Shown one piece after another: positions 12,440 through 23,812 of a DNA stretch of 64,000 nucleotides. The notes below the pieces were generated by a model. That model searched no databases, was not told the DNA's origin, and saw only the letters and a program-made list of their open reading frames with translations. A program made the translations under genes and the position numbers. Within the stretch, counting starts at the first letter, position 1; each line of letters begins with the position of its first letter. The stretch spans positions 124,001 to 188,000 of the forward strand of contig JAIVFI010000013.1 in assembly GCA_025558095.1 (NCBI GenBank). The letters are read 5' to 3'. Origin of the DNA: Hyaloraphidium curvatum SAG 235-1 (Eukaryota > Fungi > Monoblepharomycota).

Positions 12440-13544
12440 ATGTCCGGCGGCCTCAAAGTGGTGCCCAGCACCACCTCCATCTTCCAGCCCGACATCCTCA
12501 AGGGCAAAGGTCTCCCTCTCCCCCTCCACGCTTCTCGTTCGTTGCTCACACTCGCCCGGAAACAGTCGCTTTTGTTACGGGAGGAGGCTCTGGAATTTGT
12601 AAAGGGATGGCCGAGGCGATGCTCCGGCACGGCGCCAAGGCGACCATCTTCTCGCGGACGCAGGAGCGGCTGGACCGCGCGGCGGAGCAGATGCGCAAGG
12701 ACATCCCCGGGGCCGAGGTGCTCGCCATCTCGGGGGACGTCCGGAACCCCGAAGACCTGGAGAAGGCGGTCAAGGCGACGGTGGAACGCTTCGGGAAGAT
12801 CGACATCGTCGTCGCCGGGGCCGCCGGCAACTTCCTGGCGCCCATCGAGCAGCTCTCATACCGGGCCTTCAAGACCGTGGTCGACATCGACCTGCTGGGG
12901 ACTTTCAACACCATCAAGGCCTGCTTCCCGCACCTCAAGGCGTCGGGCAATGCGTCGATCATCGGCGTCACCGCGACGCTGCACTACCACGGTCCGCGAT
13001 AAGCCCTTTACCGGCCGTGCGGTCACTCACCCCGCTTTCCGCCCCAGGAACCCCCTGGCAAGTCCACCCCGTGGCCGCCAAAGCCGGCGTCGACGCCATG
13101 TTCAAGACCATGGCCGTTGAATGGGGCCCCTACGGCATCCGGACCAACATCATCGCGCCCGGCCCGATCGGGGGTACCGAGGGGATGGACAGGCTTTCCC
13201 TCGCAGAGACGAGGGAGAGCAGGCCGACGCGGATCCCGCTGCGGACAATTGGGGCGATCGGGGACATTGAGCAGGCGACGCTTTGTGGGTTCCGCGCGCA
13301 GGGAGCCTGTTGAGGGGTGCTGATGGCGTGGTGCGGTGGCAGACCTCGCTTCGGACGCCAGCCGATTCACAACCGGCGCCACGCTAGTCGTTGACGGCGG
13401 CAGCTGGCTCACCCAGGACAACTTCCGGCCCACAGTGGGTGCGCTCACGCCGCCGCCAAGGACAAACCTAACGGTCCGCAGCCCGAGGAGCTCGAGAAGG
13501 CGGGGAGGGCGATCCCGCGCGTGCGCGGGCCGGGGAAGCTGTAG
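12440..13544 (+). CDS. SPS19: Peroxisomal 2,4-dienoyl-CoA reductase (SPS19/DECR2-like SDR)
   Basis: VAFVTGGGSGIC, AGAAGNFLAP, VDIDLLGTFN, AAKAGVDA, APGPI, VVDGG. Four introns; ends GPGKL*. Confidence 0.9.
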
Positions 13545-13594
13545 TCGATCGAGATATGTTGCTCGCGAAGCTCGGTCCAATACACCTTCGGTTT

Positions 13595-14309
13595 TCACAG
13601 CTTGAGCGGAGGCGGCGCCGTCCAGCCCGTGCGCTTTGGCTTCGGCTTCTTGCCCTCGGCCTCCCCGACGCCTCCGCTACGCTCCAGCCTTTGGCCGGTA
13701 TCCCGACCCACGTCAAACCCGGCTCGTCGATGTCGCTTGTGACCACAGAACCCATCCCGGTCTGCGTGCCGGGGGCAATGCGTACGTGGTCCCGTATCGT
13801 CGTTGCGACACCTAGCGAGCATTCTGCGCCGATGCGGACGGCCCCGCCCACCATGATGTTTCCGGATAGCTGGCGGTAATCCTCTCCACGACGTCGTGCG
13901 CGACGTCCGTGAAGCCGCCCACGCGGACAAAGTCCCCGACGACGGCGGCGTTGTTGATGCGGGCGTAGTAGCCGACGTAGCACCCCCGACCCAGGCTTGC
14001 GGTGCTGGCGATCGACACGTCGGGAGAGATGACGGTCGGGAAGCGCGGCGCGAAGGCGGCCAGCTCCGTCTCGATCTCGGCGACCAGCTTGCGCACCACG
14101 GCCGGTTCGCCGTGCGCCACGAACACGTCGACGGCGGCGGGCGCGGGCGACAGGCTGCGAAGCCAGGTCTTTGCCGCCTCCACAGAGCGAACGTGCACCA
14201 GCGCGGCCAGAGAGGGGTGCACGGCCGGGCGTCGTCCCAACAGCTGGCCCTGCCAGAGGCGACGTCGGGAGCGTAGTCGGCACGCAGCGTCTCCCACACG
14301 GAGCCGCCA
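13595..14309 (-). pseudogene. Frameshifted PglD/NeuD-type hexapeptide-repeat sugar O-acetyltransferase
   Basis: VFVAHGEP..FPTVISP..LGRGCYVG..AHDVV in one frame continues as EDYRQLSGNIMVGGAVRIG..GMGSVVTSD..WVGIPAK in another frame (1-nt loss near 13885). The 5' end also looks disrupted. Boundaries approximate. Confidence 0.7.
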
Positions 14310-15176
14310 TGCCCGCCGCCGCAACGCAGGATGACGGCGCGGGGGGCGGTCGTGGGTCCCTCGCTGGGGTCCGGATGATATCCCTAGGCTGCGGCAAGCT
14401 CAATATGTGCGATTCGCCATCAGAAGCATCGGAAACGTCCGAGGAAACACAACTCGCGACGTCCCACTCCTCCACGCGGATTCCCGACTCGCCCGGAAGC
14501 CACGGGCTTTCGATCAGGTCCTCGCTTTCCCACCTGACGCTCAACACTCCGCCCTGATCGGCCACAGCCGTTGCCAGGCTTTCCTTGGTGGCGGCCGCAT
14601 ACTGGAGCCACGACCCGCCGCGATCCTCCCCTTGCCGAGGAACACTTGGCTCCCCAAGCTGAGCACGTAGAAACCACGCACTTCCCCGTCGTCATACTTC
14701 CTGGCGGCTTCCAGGGCAGTCTCCTCTGTCTTGTAGCAGCCGATGATGTACGTTTCTTCGTCCTTAATGTAGGCCACAAACAGGTTCTCTCTGGGCTCGT
14801 CGACGGACTGCGAGTCGGGAAGGGGGCCGGCGGCCCGTCAAACCCTCGGGGTCGAATCACCTTCAGCTGGCATTAACATGTGCCGGATTTTTGTCGTCCG
14901 ACCCGGCTCCGGCTTCGGCGTCGTCCCTGTCGACGCCCCTGGCGGCAGTTTCGCCGCCCTCCTTCGCCGTCGCCGCGGAACGGTCACGGTCCGACATCAG
15001 AGCTCACAAAGATGCACGAGCTGAGCCGCAAGAAGAGCTGCTCTGGGAGGAAAAGCGTCGGCAGACGTGCCTCCAATCGGTGACGGTGCGGAGGAAGTTT
15101 GTGTTCACCCGGCTCCCGGCACTGGTCGGCCCGCCAAGTCCCCCACGAATCCGCCCTACGCTCGCACGACGCCGCG

Positions 15177-16390
15177 ATGTCCTCCTCCGACGATTCCTGG
15201 CGCAAGCGCCTCGAGCCCACCGATGAAACCGGTCGCCGGCGCGCAATCCTGATCACCGGTGCGGAGGACGGGCGCCGGACTTCCGACAGAAGTTGACGCG
15301 CTGCCGCAGGCTCCGCGAGCGGGATGGGCCTCGAGACGGCAAGATTGTTCCACAGCAAGGGTGCAAAGCTCTTTTCCTTTCGGATTGCGGGCCGGTACTG
15401 ACTCTGGACCCGCGCCAAGGCTGGTACATTGTCGCCGTCGACAACAACGTCGAGACCACGCCCGACGTCAACACGAAGCGCCCCCGGCCCGGCCTGAAGG
15501 AGCTCGAGGCGGAGCTCAAGGAGCGGATCCACACGGCCAAGCTGGACGTGGCCGACAAGGCCGGCTTCGACGCGCTGATCGCGGAGCTGCGGGAGAAGCT
15601 GCCCAAGGAGTGCGGCTCGGAAAAGGCCAAACTAGATTTGGTATTTGCCAACGCCGGCATCGGTCGCGGAGGCTTCTGGGCCGACCAGCCGTGGGAGGAC
15701 CACCTGGCCGTGCTCAACGTCAACTTCCTGGGGGTCATGACGGCCATCTACTGCTCGTTGCCGCTGATGAGGGAAAACCCCGGGTCGCTGGTGTTCTCCA
15801 CCAGCTCGTCGTCGGCCATGTACGGAATGCCAATGATCGCGACTTATTCGGCGACAAAGCACGCCGTCAAGGGCCTTACCGAGGCCCTTTCTGTTGAGCT
15901 CCGCTCCTCCGGGATCCGCGTCGCCGACACCCTTCCCGGAACGGTACGGTCTCGCCCATGTACCGCCGCCGCCCCCGCTCACGCCCACGCCGCAGATCAA
16001 CACCGCTCTGATGCCCACCGAGAGCGCCGAGCGCACCAAGGCGCTCCCCGCCAACTCGCCCTTCCGCCTGATCGAGCCCTCGGAGATCGCGCAGGTGGTC
16101 TGGAAATCGTACGTCGACGACCCGGAGGGCAAGGACGCGCTGGGGGACTCGACGCACGGCAGGCTGCATTGGTACGTCCCGGAGGAGCTGCACGTGAGTC
16201 GATCGTCTTTTGCGGGGGGGTGGGGCAGGCGCTGAGGCCGGTCCAACAGGTCGAGATCGATTCCGTGGTCAACACCCGTGGCGGCGCGGAAAAGATCCGC
16301 GAGTTCTACTACTCGACCATGTGGGCCCCAGCAGAGGAGAGAATCAAAAAGGCCATGGCGGAAAGGAAGGCGCAAGCCGAGGCGAAGTGA
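15177..16390 (+). CDS. Short-chain dehydrogenase/reductase (classical SDR)
   Basis: Spliced ILITGSASGMGLETA, ANAGI, YSATK catalytic motif. Four short introns. Confidence 0.88.
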
Positions 16391-16491
16391 GCGACGTGCT
16401 AGTGCTCGGGCGGGACGACTTGTAGAGAGGGAGGACTAGCGCGATTGGATCAGATCCAGCTGCTCTAGTTCACGCTTTGCGGCTGCCTCGA

Positions 16492-17292
16492 TTACTGAGC
16501 TCCGTTCTCGCCCGTGACGGTCCCCTTGCCGGCCAGAAGCGCCTTGACCTCGGCCTCCAAATGGAAGAGATCCTTGTCGACCACGCCGGCCTCCCTAACG
16601 ACCCCCGCCACCATAAACAGGTACTCCGCGTTCGGTCCACTAGGCCCCGAAGCCTTGGCGATCCTCTCGGCCATCACCGATACCGGCTCCGGGCCCAGGA
16701 AGGAGGGGTTCTCGGGCGTGGCGACGTACACCAGCGCGCCGCGGACGAGGGGTTCCTCGCCCGGCTCCTCCTTCCTGGTCGACCACATGTCCGCCACCGC
16801 GCACTCGTACCCGTTCTTCTCCCTCCAATCGAGGTAGTGCAGCACCGCGTCCCGCCTCTCCTTGTTCCGCGGCAGCCTGTACGCGATCCCCCACGTCGCC
16901 GCGTCCGCGTCCTCGAACTCCTCCGTGTCGGCGTTGGGCAGCACCCGCAGCTGCTCCGGCGTGAGCAGCGTCACCACCCGCCCCCAGTAATCGTGGGTTC
17001 CGCGGTGGTCGATGGAACCCTGGTAGAAGACGCGGCGCCACCCGCGCACCCAGCCCGCGACGGCCTCCTCGTGCTCAAAGTCCACCTTCCAGAGGAGCGA
17101 GCCGTAGCCAAACACCCAGACGTCGCCTTCCTCGCCGTGCGAGGGGTGGTCCGAGGGGAGCGTGCGCCGCGGCGGGGCAAAGTGCGGGTGGTCCGAGTAG
17201 GAGAAGCCGGGAGGCACGGTGCCGGGCGCCGGGGAGGGAGTCGGGGCGGGAGGAGAGGGAGCCGTGGCCTGCAGGGCCGGCGAGGGGGGCAT
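16492..17292 (-). CDS. GCG1: ChaC-family glutathione-specific gamma-glutamylcyclotransferase
   Basis: VWVFGYGSLLWK, FYQGSIDHRGT, YLDWREKNGY, ASGPSGPNAEYL. Single exon. Confidence 0.93.
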   Translation of the reverse strand: MPPSPALQATAPSPPAPTPSPAPGTVPPGFSYSDHPHFAPPRRTLPSDHPSHGEEGDVWVFGYGSLLWKVDFEHEEAVAGWVRGWRRVFYQGSIDHRGTHDYWGRVVTLLTPEQLRVLPNADTEEFEDADAATWGIAYRLPRNKERRDAVLHYLDWREKNGYECAVADMWSTRKEEPGEEPLVRGALVYVATPENPSFLGPEPVSVMAERIAKASGPSGPNAEYLFMVAGVVREAGVVDKDLFHLEAEVKALLAGKGTVTGENGAQ

Positions 17293-18090
17293 CGCGGAAA
17301 GACGCGGGAAAGAGCTGGCGCGTAAACACCGTGACGATCACCTCGCTACCGGCCCCGCGCTCGGGGCGTCAACGATGTGGAAAGAGACAACTGCATGTGT
17401 TTTTTGACCTGGCCGCAACAGGAGGAGAGGCAAAAGCTAGTTTGGCTGAATCTGGGCTGGCGCCCGCGCACGCGGCGAACGAAAGACAAGTCTGCACCCA
17501 AGTTCCTTCCCATTGCTCCACTCCGGCTCATTCCCTTAGCTCCAATCTGCCCGTGCAATCGTACCCATGCAAATCCAAAGCTGTCGGCTTCGCCGTGCAG
17601 CAGGTTAGTGCCTCCTTCGGCCCCCTCCGCCACTCCCACCGCTTCCACCTCGCAGCTTGGGCCGCACACCCTGCCTTCATCGAAAGCTTCTGGATTTTCA
17701 TCTCCTTTTCTCTTTCCCGGGATGCCATCTCGAGCAGTGCGATCGCTCGCCCGAGCTACGGTGACCGGACATCTTGTACAATCTCCCCGGGCCAACCCCG
17801 GGCGCCATTCGTGGCGTCAGGGCAGCCGACAACCCACTTCACGCGGGGAGGCTTCATCATCTTTACAGATTTCATTTAGCGAACCTACCCGGTAGAGATC
17901 TGCTGTAGTAGCCGTTTTCGTTTGCTGTGTAAGTGATGAAGGAGTTTACGCGCCTGCTGGACCCGTTTGAACTCCACCAGTTCCCACCGCACCTGCTCAT
18001 TTCCTTCGAGCAGCGGCGCGGGCACCGCCGGTACCTGCCGCCTGACGTGCAGCAAATACACGGGCTTGCCTGGTCCACAGCTCCACCACG

Positions 18091-19389
18091 ATGGGCCCCG
18101 GATCGCGCGCAGTGTGCCTCGCAGCGGCGCTCGTCGCGCTCACCGCCGCGCTCCTCGCCGTGCCTGCACGCGCGGCCGAGGGCGCCCGCCGGCCCAAGGC
18201 GTCGGGAGCGACCCACACCAAGGACTCGTTCGCCGAGGTCAACGTCGTCGCGTCGTTCGGCGCCGATGCCGACGAGATGGATTTCTGGCTGGCCGACAGG
18301 CAGCTCGCTGTGGCGCTCGGCGAGTTCCTGGTCATCGACAAGCCGATGCCGTACTACTTCCTCGTCGATGCGTTTGATTTCCGGTACCTGCCCGCCGGCG
18401 GCCGCCCCGCCGTCGCTGCAAAGGCCGCAAAGGACTTGTACGCCAAGTACATCCACATCAACGGCGTCCAGAACCTTGCGAAGAATGGCGGCTACCTCAC
18501 GCCTGCCTCGTGCAAGGCGCTCGAGGCCTTGTGGCAGGTCGCCGGTGGGTGCACGACGCCGACGTTCCGGTGCCCAGCTCATTGCGCGCAGACGGTACCG
18601 ACGTCACCGCGTTCGACGCTGCCGTTGAGGAGATTGAAAATCTCATGAAGAGGGACTCTTTCTCGCGTTTCAAAAGTCGTCCCAGTTTCAAGGCGGCTGC
18701 CAAGGCAGCAAAAATTAAGGCCCCAACGGAATCCATAACCAACGAGGTCGTCCAGCAATGGGTCACCACTCCGGCGCTTGCCACAGCAACGCGCGAGTTC
18801 CTAGACTCGGAATTCTCGGCGTGAGCACATCGCTGCTGCCTCCCCAGTCGGACGACCCTCACCCTTCCCACACATCCAGGCAAAACTTCGACTTCCTCAG
18901 CACGATCTACAAGCTCCGCACCGCAGCCGCCACCCTGTCCCCCGCCAGGCTCAAGCGTGCTCTCGTCCGCGCCTACGTGGACTTCGTCCTTGAAGACGGG
19001 CCCTTCCAGGTCAACCTCCCGATGTCGATGTCACGGGAGCTCGACGGCAAGTTCACATGCACGTACCGCCTCCGCCCGCCCGCCGCGCCGCTGACCCCGT
19101 CCCACCCCAGTCCCCACGGCGCGCAACACGTTCGACGCCGCGATCCAGGCCGTCGAGCAGTCACTCGAAAAGGACTTCCGTCTTTTCAAGAAGACCCCGG
19201 CCGGCAAGGCCGCCCTGAGTGCCTGGAACGATCTGCTTCAGAACCACCAGGTGCGTCCCCGACGAACCGCACCGTGAGGCGAGCTCAAATCCCGCGCAGT
19301 ACCGCCAGTGGTTCGGGGACGACGCGCCCGCTGCGCAAGGCGCGGGGAGGGGCAGGGGCAAGGCCAAGGGGGGTGCCGAGGAGGACTAG
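18091..19389 (+). CDS. Tandem RGS-domain protein with N-terminal signal peptide
   Basis: Five exons. RGS-like blocks AKDLYAKYI...FDAAVEEIENLMKRDSFSRF and REFLDSEFSAQNFDFL...YVDFV..GPFQVNLP...FDAAIQAVEQSLEKDFRLF. The N-terminus is a hydrophobic helix ending in PARA. Confidence 0.7.
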
Positions 19390-19603
19390 TAGAGTGCTGG
19401 GGTCGGACTTGAAGGTTTTGTGTAGTGTTTTGACTTGGAGATGGAGATCGGGGGATCACGATTTACCACGGCGGCGATGATCAGGTGCTGTTCTTCCAGC
19501 GACATTTGCAGAGGCGTCTTGGTAGCTCAGGGTGAGATCGGCAGAGGGCAAGCGGGAAATTGAAGTCAAGCGAGCATGGATATTCGAAGCAGCGGGTCCG
19601 CCA

Positions 19604-19649
19604 TCCCCCCTCTTCACGTACCGTAATTCCCCCCTCTTCACGTACCGTA
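19604..19649. repeat. Direct repeat, 2 x TCCCCCCTCTTCACGTACCGTA (24-nt period)
   Basis: Read directly from the sequence. Confidence 0.85.
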
Positions 19650-19872
19650 GCATCCGCAGACGGCTCCTCTGCACCGAAGCAGGTCAACCTGGCCTCGTTG
19701 GCCTCCGGCCCGGGAGACCCTTCGGCGCGTCCTCAAAAACGAGAGGAAAGCCAGATCGCTGAGGCGCAGGCAAGAACGAGACCCAGAGCACACCCGTGGA
19801 CGGCAGGATTGGGTATGCATATGATCGTCTCCGTCTACATTCTGTACCGCGAGCACACCAAACCCGATTGTA

Positions 19873-19985
19873 GCGCCAAGATCTAGCCCATCCGCCGGCG
19901 CCATCCCCTCTTGCACGTTGTGCTTGATCCCCTCTTGCACGTTGCGCCAAGATCTATCCCATCCGCCGGCGCCAATCCCCTTGCC
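19873..19985. repeat. Nested imperfect direct repeat (GCGCCAAGATCTA-CCCATCCGCCGGCGCCA x2; ATCCCCTCTTGCACGTTG x2)
   Basis: Read directly from the sequence. Confidence 0.8.
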
Positions 19986-20088
19986 AAAGCGTCCCCGAGT
20001 CACTCAGAGAGAGTCCGGTAGCCGGTTGCCCTTTGTCCAAATGTCAGATCACCGTGCCCTGAGCCAGATCCGATCCATCCAAACAGCC

Positions 20089-20694
20089 TCACACGGCGAT
20101 CGCGAGCCATGCGATGCCTCCAACGCCGACCATGACGCCGACGACGACCAGAATTCCCCAGGTCGCAAACACGAGCATCAGGCACAGCGCGGCGAGGCAG
20201 AGAGCAAACACAGCGCGGTGGCGCAGCACAAAGTCCCTGGTGAGGCCGAAGCGCGCAGCGGTCGACTCCAGCAGGCCGGCGATGGAGCGGAACGACGAGG
20301 CGGCGGAGCCTGCGGCCGAGAGCACCGACGAGGCGGCGCTCTGCACCGACGAGGGGAGGAGCAGCAGCGCGGCTCGCCGGGCCGTGCGGTACGCCAGCGA
20401 GTCTCCCGACTGCGAAAAGGCGGGCTGCGGAGGCGGCGGCGAAGGGCCCTTGGAGTAGCCCGTTTCCGGGACGGCCGGCGCGCACCTCCCCTCGTGCGCC
20501 CTCCGCTCGGCCCGCGCGGCGCGTTGCCTGTCGCTCAGCGGCTGCCGCTTCTTGACCGGTGCGGCATAGTACGGCTCGTACTGCGCGGGGGGCGAGGGCT
20601 GAAGGAAGGCCGGGAGAGACGCCCGCACGGCCCCGGGCAGGAGGCGCGTGGGGAGCGACAGCGCCGCGTCGACAGACTCGAAGAGCAGAGACAT
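20089..20694 (-). CDS. Hypothetical protein with C-terminal transmembrane helices
   Basis: 201-aa ATG ORF with coding-like codon usage and a long hydrophobic C-terminus. Confidence 0.55.
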   Translation of the reverse strand: MSLLFESVDAALSLPTRLLPGAVRASLPAFLQPSPPAQYEPYYAAPVKKRQPLSDRQRAARAERRAHEGRCAPAVPETGYSKGPSPPPPQPAFSQSGDSLAYRTARRAALLLLPSSVQSAASSVLSAAGSAASSFRSIAGLLESTAARFGLTRDFVLRHRAVFALCLAALCLMLVFATWGILVVVGVMVGVGGIAWLAIAV

Positions 20695-20930
20695 CGTGGT
20701 GCCGAGGAAGATGATGGACAGCTTTTTCGGGCGCGGCTCGGATGCTCGGCTTTTGTCTGCGGAGTCGTCGAATCGACGTTTGTCGGCAAGTGCGGCCGCT
20801 CGTCTCAGGGCAGCTCAGCACGTTCGAGTCCCGCGAAATCTTGCAACATGCCAACGGTTGAAGGCCAGCTTCCATCTAAAACAAGCTAGATCTACCGCTG
20901 TATTGCATTCGGTGGGCAACCCGCCAAACA

Positions 20931-22596
20931 TCATAAGCACACGCTCTCGAAAACGAGGGTGAGCGAGGACCCCCTGGCAATACTCCACAATCCCACAGCA
21001 ACGGTAAACGCGGTGAGCGCCACCCCCCTTATGACCGCATAGGTAACCTCGAACCCGAGGAACCTCGCGCGGAGCCCCTCGGCCCCCACCAGCCCCTCCA
21101 GGACCCTCTCATGCCTCCGCGCTTCCTTGACCGCCGCCGGATGCGCACAGGGGTACGACAGGAGCAGAATGCGCAGATCCGCCGCGGCGCGGCGGCAGGC
21201 AGAGGCGACGGTGGTGATCTCGGCGTTGGCGGCGGCGGTTTCCACAAGGCCCCGGAGCAGCTCGCCGACGACCCAGAGGATGCTGCCGAGCTGCCATGCA
21301 GGGATGCAGGTTGCTCCAGCCTTATGACGCGGATTGCTCAGCGAGCGCAAAGCGTTCGATAGGCAGCACACTTACGATGTTGATCGTGAGCGCCACCACT
21401 TCTCCCACAAGCAACATGGACAGCACGAGCCGGTATTGGTTAAAAGCCGACAGGCGCGATCGCGAAGCCGCGGCGAACGAGGAGTGCAGGCGCACGTATA
21501 GTGGCGGTGCGCCCGCCCGGTCCTGGATCGGAGAACATTCGGCCGCCGCCAGAAGTTTCTGGCAGCTCGAGATGGCGTGTGACAGTGCGATCGACATGGC
21601 GCGGTTGTGCAGGCGCAGTTGGAGGTCCAGGATTGGAAGGATGTTGTTCATCCAGGACAGACCGGCCATGGCACTTATCGTTGAGATGACCTGAACGAGA
21701 CCTGGTGACGAGGTTCAGTCCAGTCGGAGAAGAGTTCTTCAAAAACGAGCCTCACTGGCAGCAACAGCAATCAGCGCTCGCCACCAGGTACCCCATGTCG
21801 AGGCAGCAAACGTTATGAGCTGGGTTATCATGCACAAAATGCAGTATATCGCGGTCACCGCGATCAAAGCGGCGGCGGTGCCCGCAGCCTGCATCCAACC
21901 GGTCCTACGCAGAACGTTGCCCGCGCAAGATGGGGCTGGGCAGGGGCATAGCCGATCCTTCGGGTCGTGTTCGAGAAGCGGCCCGTCGGCTGTCCTCGCT
22001 CCCACCCGTGACGAGGTCAGCTGACCGTACCGCACCAACGGCGCGAGCACGTGGAGATCGAGCGGTGACCCCGTGTCTTTTCCCTGCTCCTCGTTGTGCT
22101 CGCCCACTGCGCGGCGTCGGAAGGTTGCCTCGAGCACCCCCGTGGCGAGTATGGGGATCGACCAGGCGACTTCCAGCACGACGAACGCCGCGGTACCGAA
22201 GGCGAGCTGCCGATGCGAAAAGCGCCCGTCATTCTCGGGCCATATCATCGTAAACAGTGCTGTCCGTAGGCCGTCATAGAGCAATAGGCGCCCGGGAACG
22301 ACGAAGCGCGCGAGCGGCGCGTTCAGCTCCTCCAGCCGGAACATGCCCGCGAGCACCGAAGAGCGCGAGATGCCGTCGACGAAAGTGTCGCGGCCGAGCG
22401 GGTTCCGTGCCCGCGCCGACGCGGCCTCGGGCGCAGCGTCGGATTCGGCCAGCCCCGCGACGAGCGGGCGCGGTAACGGCGGCAGGGGGACAGGGAACAG
22501 GGCGAGCCATGCCGCGTCGGAGAACGTCGGCTCCACGGAAAACGTCGGCTCCGAGGAGCCCGATTCCTTGGTTTCGAGCGTGGGCGTGGGAGCCAT
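20931..22596 (-). CDS. 7-TM membrane protein, gustatory-receptor/7TMIC-like (copy 1)
   Basis: Three exons (introns ~21702-21754 and ~21321-21375). Seven hydrophobic segments; C-terminal RARFLGFEVTYAVIRGVALTAFTVAVGLW. Clear paralog of 25366..26879. Confidence 0.7.
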
Positions 22597-23080
22597 GTTG
22601 TGGTGAAATCCCGCGGTGGGGAGCACCATCCCAAGGCAACACCGCGTCATTTAGGACAACACGGGCAATCGATTGGGTCTCATCTCGCTATAGAAACCGT
22701 ACAACGCGGACTGCTTTTGGCATTTGATTACACGGCGTCGAATGCTGTGGACGCTGTCCGTCATTGCCCGGACGGTGACGTGGGCGGAATACTGGGATCA
22801 GCTGAAGGGGAGGAAGGAAGTGGGTCGACGCGGACCTTGATGGCCGTGTCACATATGAACGACAGCCCGACAATGAGGGCTTCGCCTCCCATCGCGCACG
22901 CGCCTCGTGCTGGTTAGTCCGGGCAACGGCCCGACGTCATCGAGTCGTTGGCCGTCCCGCACGGGTTGCCAACATACGCACATCGATATGAATAGAAAAG
23001 ACTCTCAACCAATGAACTATCGCAACCCGTCTCGACTCCTTTCTAAAACTTGATGATCGAAACGCCGCCCCGCAACTCTA

Positions 23081-23747
23081 TCATGGGAACGGGTCCGTGA
23101 TCGTCGCGGTATACGCGAACGTGGTGCACGCGTCGTCCGAGAAGAAATCCACCGAGTTGCAGCCTGCCCCGAACTTGACGGAGCTCGAGGAGGTAGTCGG
23201 CACGCAGTCACCCGGAGCGTTGGGTACGTTTTGGAGGCTCAAGGTCCCCACCGACGTTACGAAGGGACAGGTGCCGGGGTAGACGCCAATGTTTCTGATG
23301 GGTCCGACCAAAAATGGATTGAAGCAGGCACCGGTGGCCCCGTAGAACTTGGTGGTGATCCCGGGTTTGTCGAAGCAGTTGTTTGAGGCGGGCGCGTAGC
23401 GGCGGTACAGCGAGCGCAAATCGCCGGCGTGGTCGACGCAGGCGATGGGCGCCTCGGCGGTGGCGGCCGGGTGGCCGAACTCTGGCGGGATGGCGGGATC
23501 AGGGGGCGGCGGGGCATGTTGCCGGTTTGCGCGGGGACACGAACCACAAAAGGAGCCCTCCAGGCAGTCACTGCACGAGCGGACAAACAGTGTCACGCCG
23601 CGGTCGCCGGCGGTGGGGGCGGCGTGGACGGCGCTGCGGGCCGCACGGGCGTCAGCAAGGATGCCCCGGCGTTGCGACGGCGGTCCTACAGGGCGGCAGC
23701 AGCCAGGACGGCGCCACCAGCAGGAGGGCGGCGGCGGCGCGGGGCAT
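23081..23747 (-). CDS. Small secreted Cys-containing protein; apparent 1-nt frameshift in the signal peptide
   Basis: MPRAAAALLLVA joins AVLAAAAL|AVHA only if one base is added near 23712. Two introns. Mature part ends PGDCVP...FGAGCN...CT...TITDPFP*. Confidence 0.6.
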
Positions 23748-23789
23748 GGCGATGTCGGCGGCGCGGATCCAAAGGACGCGGGCGGCAAC

Positions 23790-23812
23790 GGGGGGGGGGG
23801 GGGGGGGGGGGG
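23790..23812 (+). repeat. Poly-G tract (G23)
   Basis: Homopolymer run about 40 nt upstream of the minus-strand ATG at 23747. Confidence 0.95.

Noticed and set aside
17400-17950. Stop-interrupted minus-strand reading that could be a transposon relic
   Set aside because: No RT, integrase or transposase motif, and no terminal repeats found.
19600-19990. CRISPR-like array
   Set aside because: Only pairs of repeats, no regular unique spacers, no cas genes, and a eukaryotic context.
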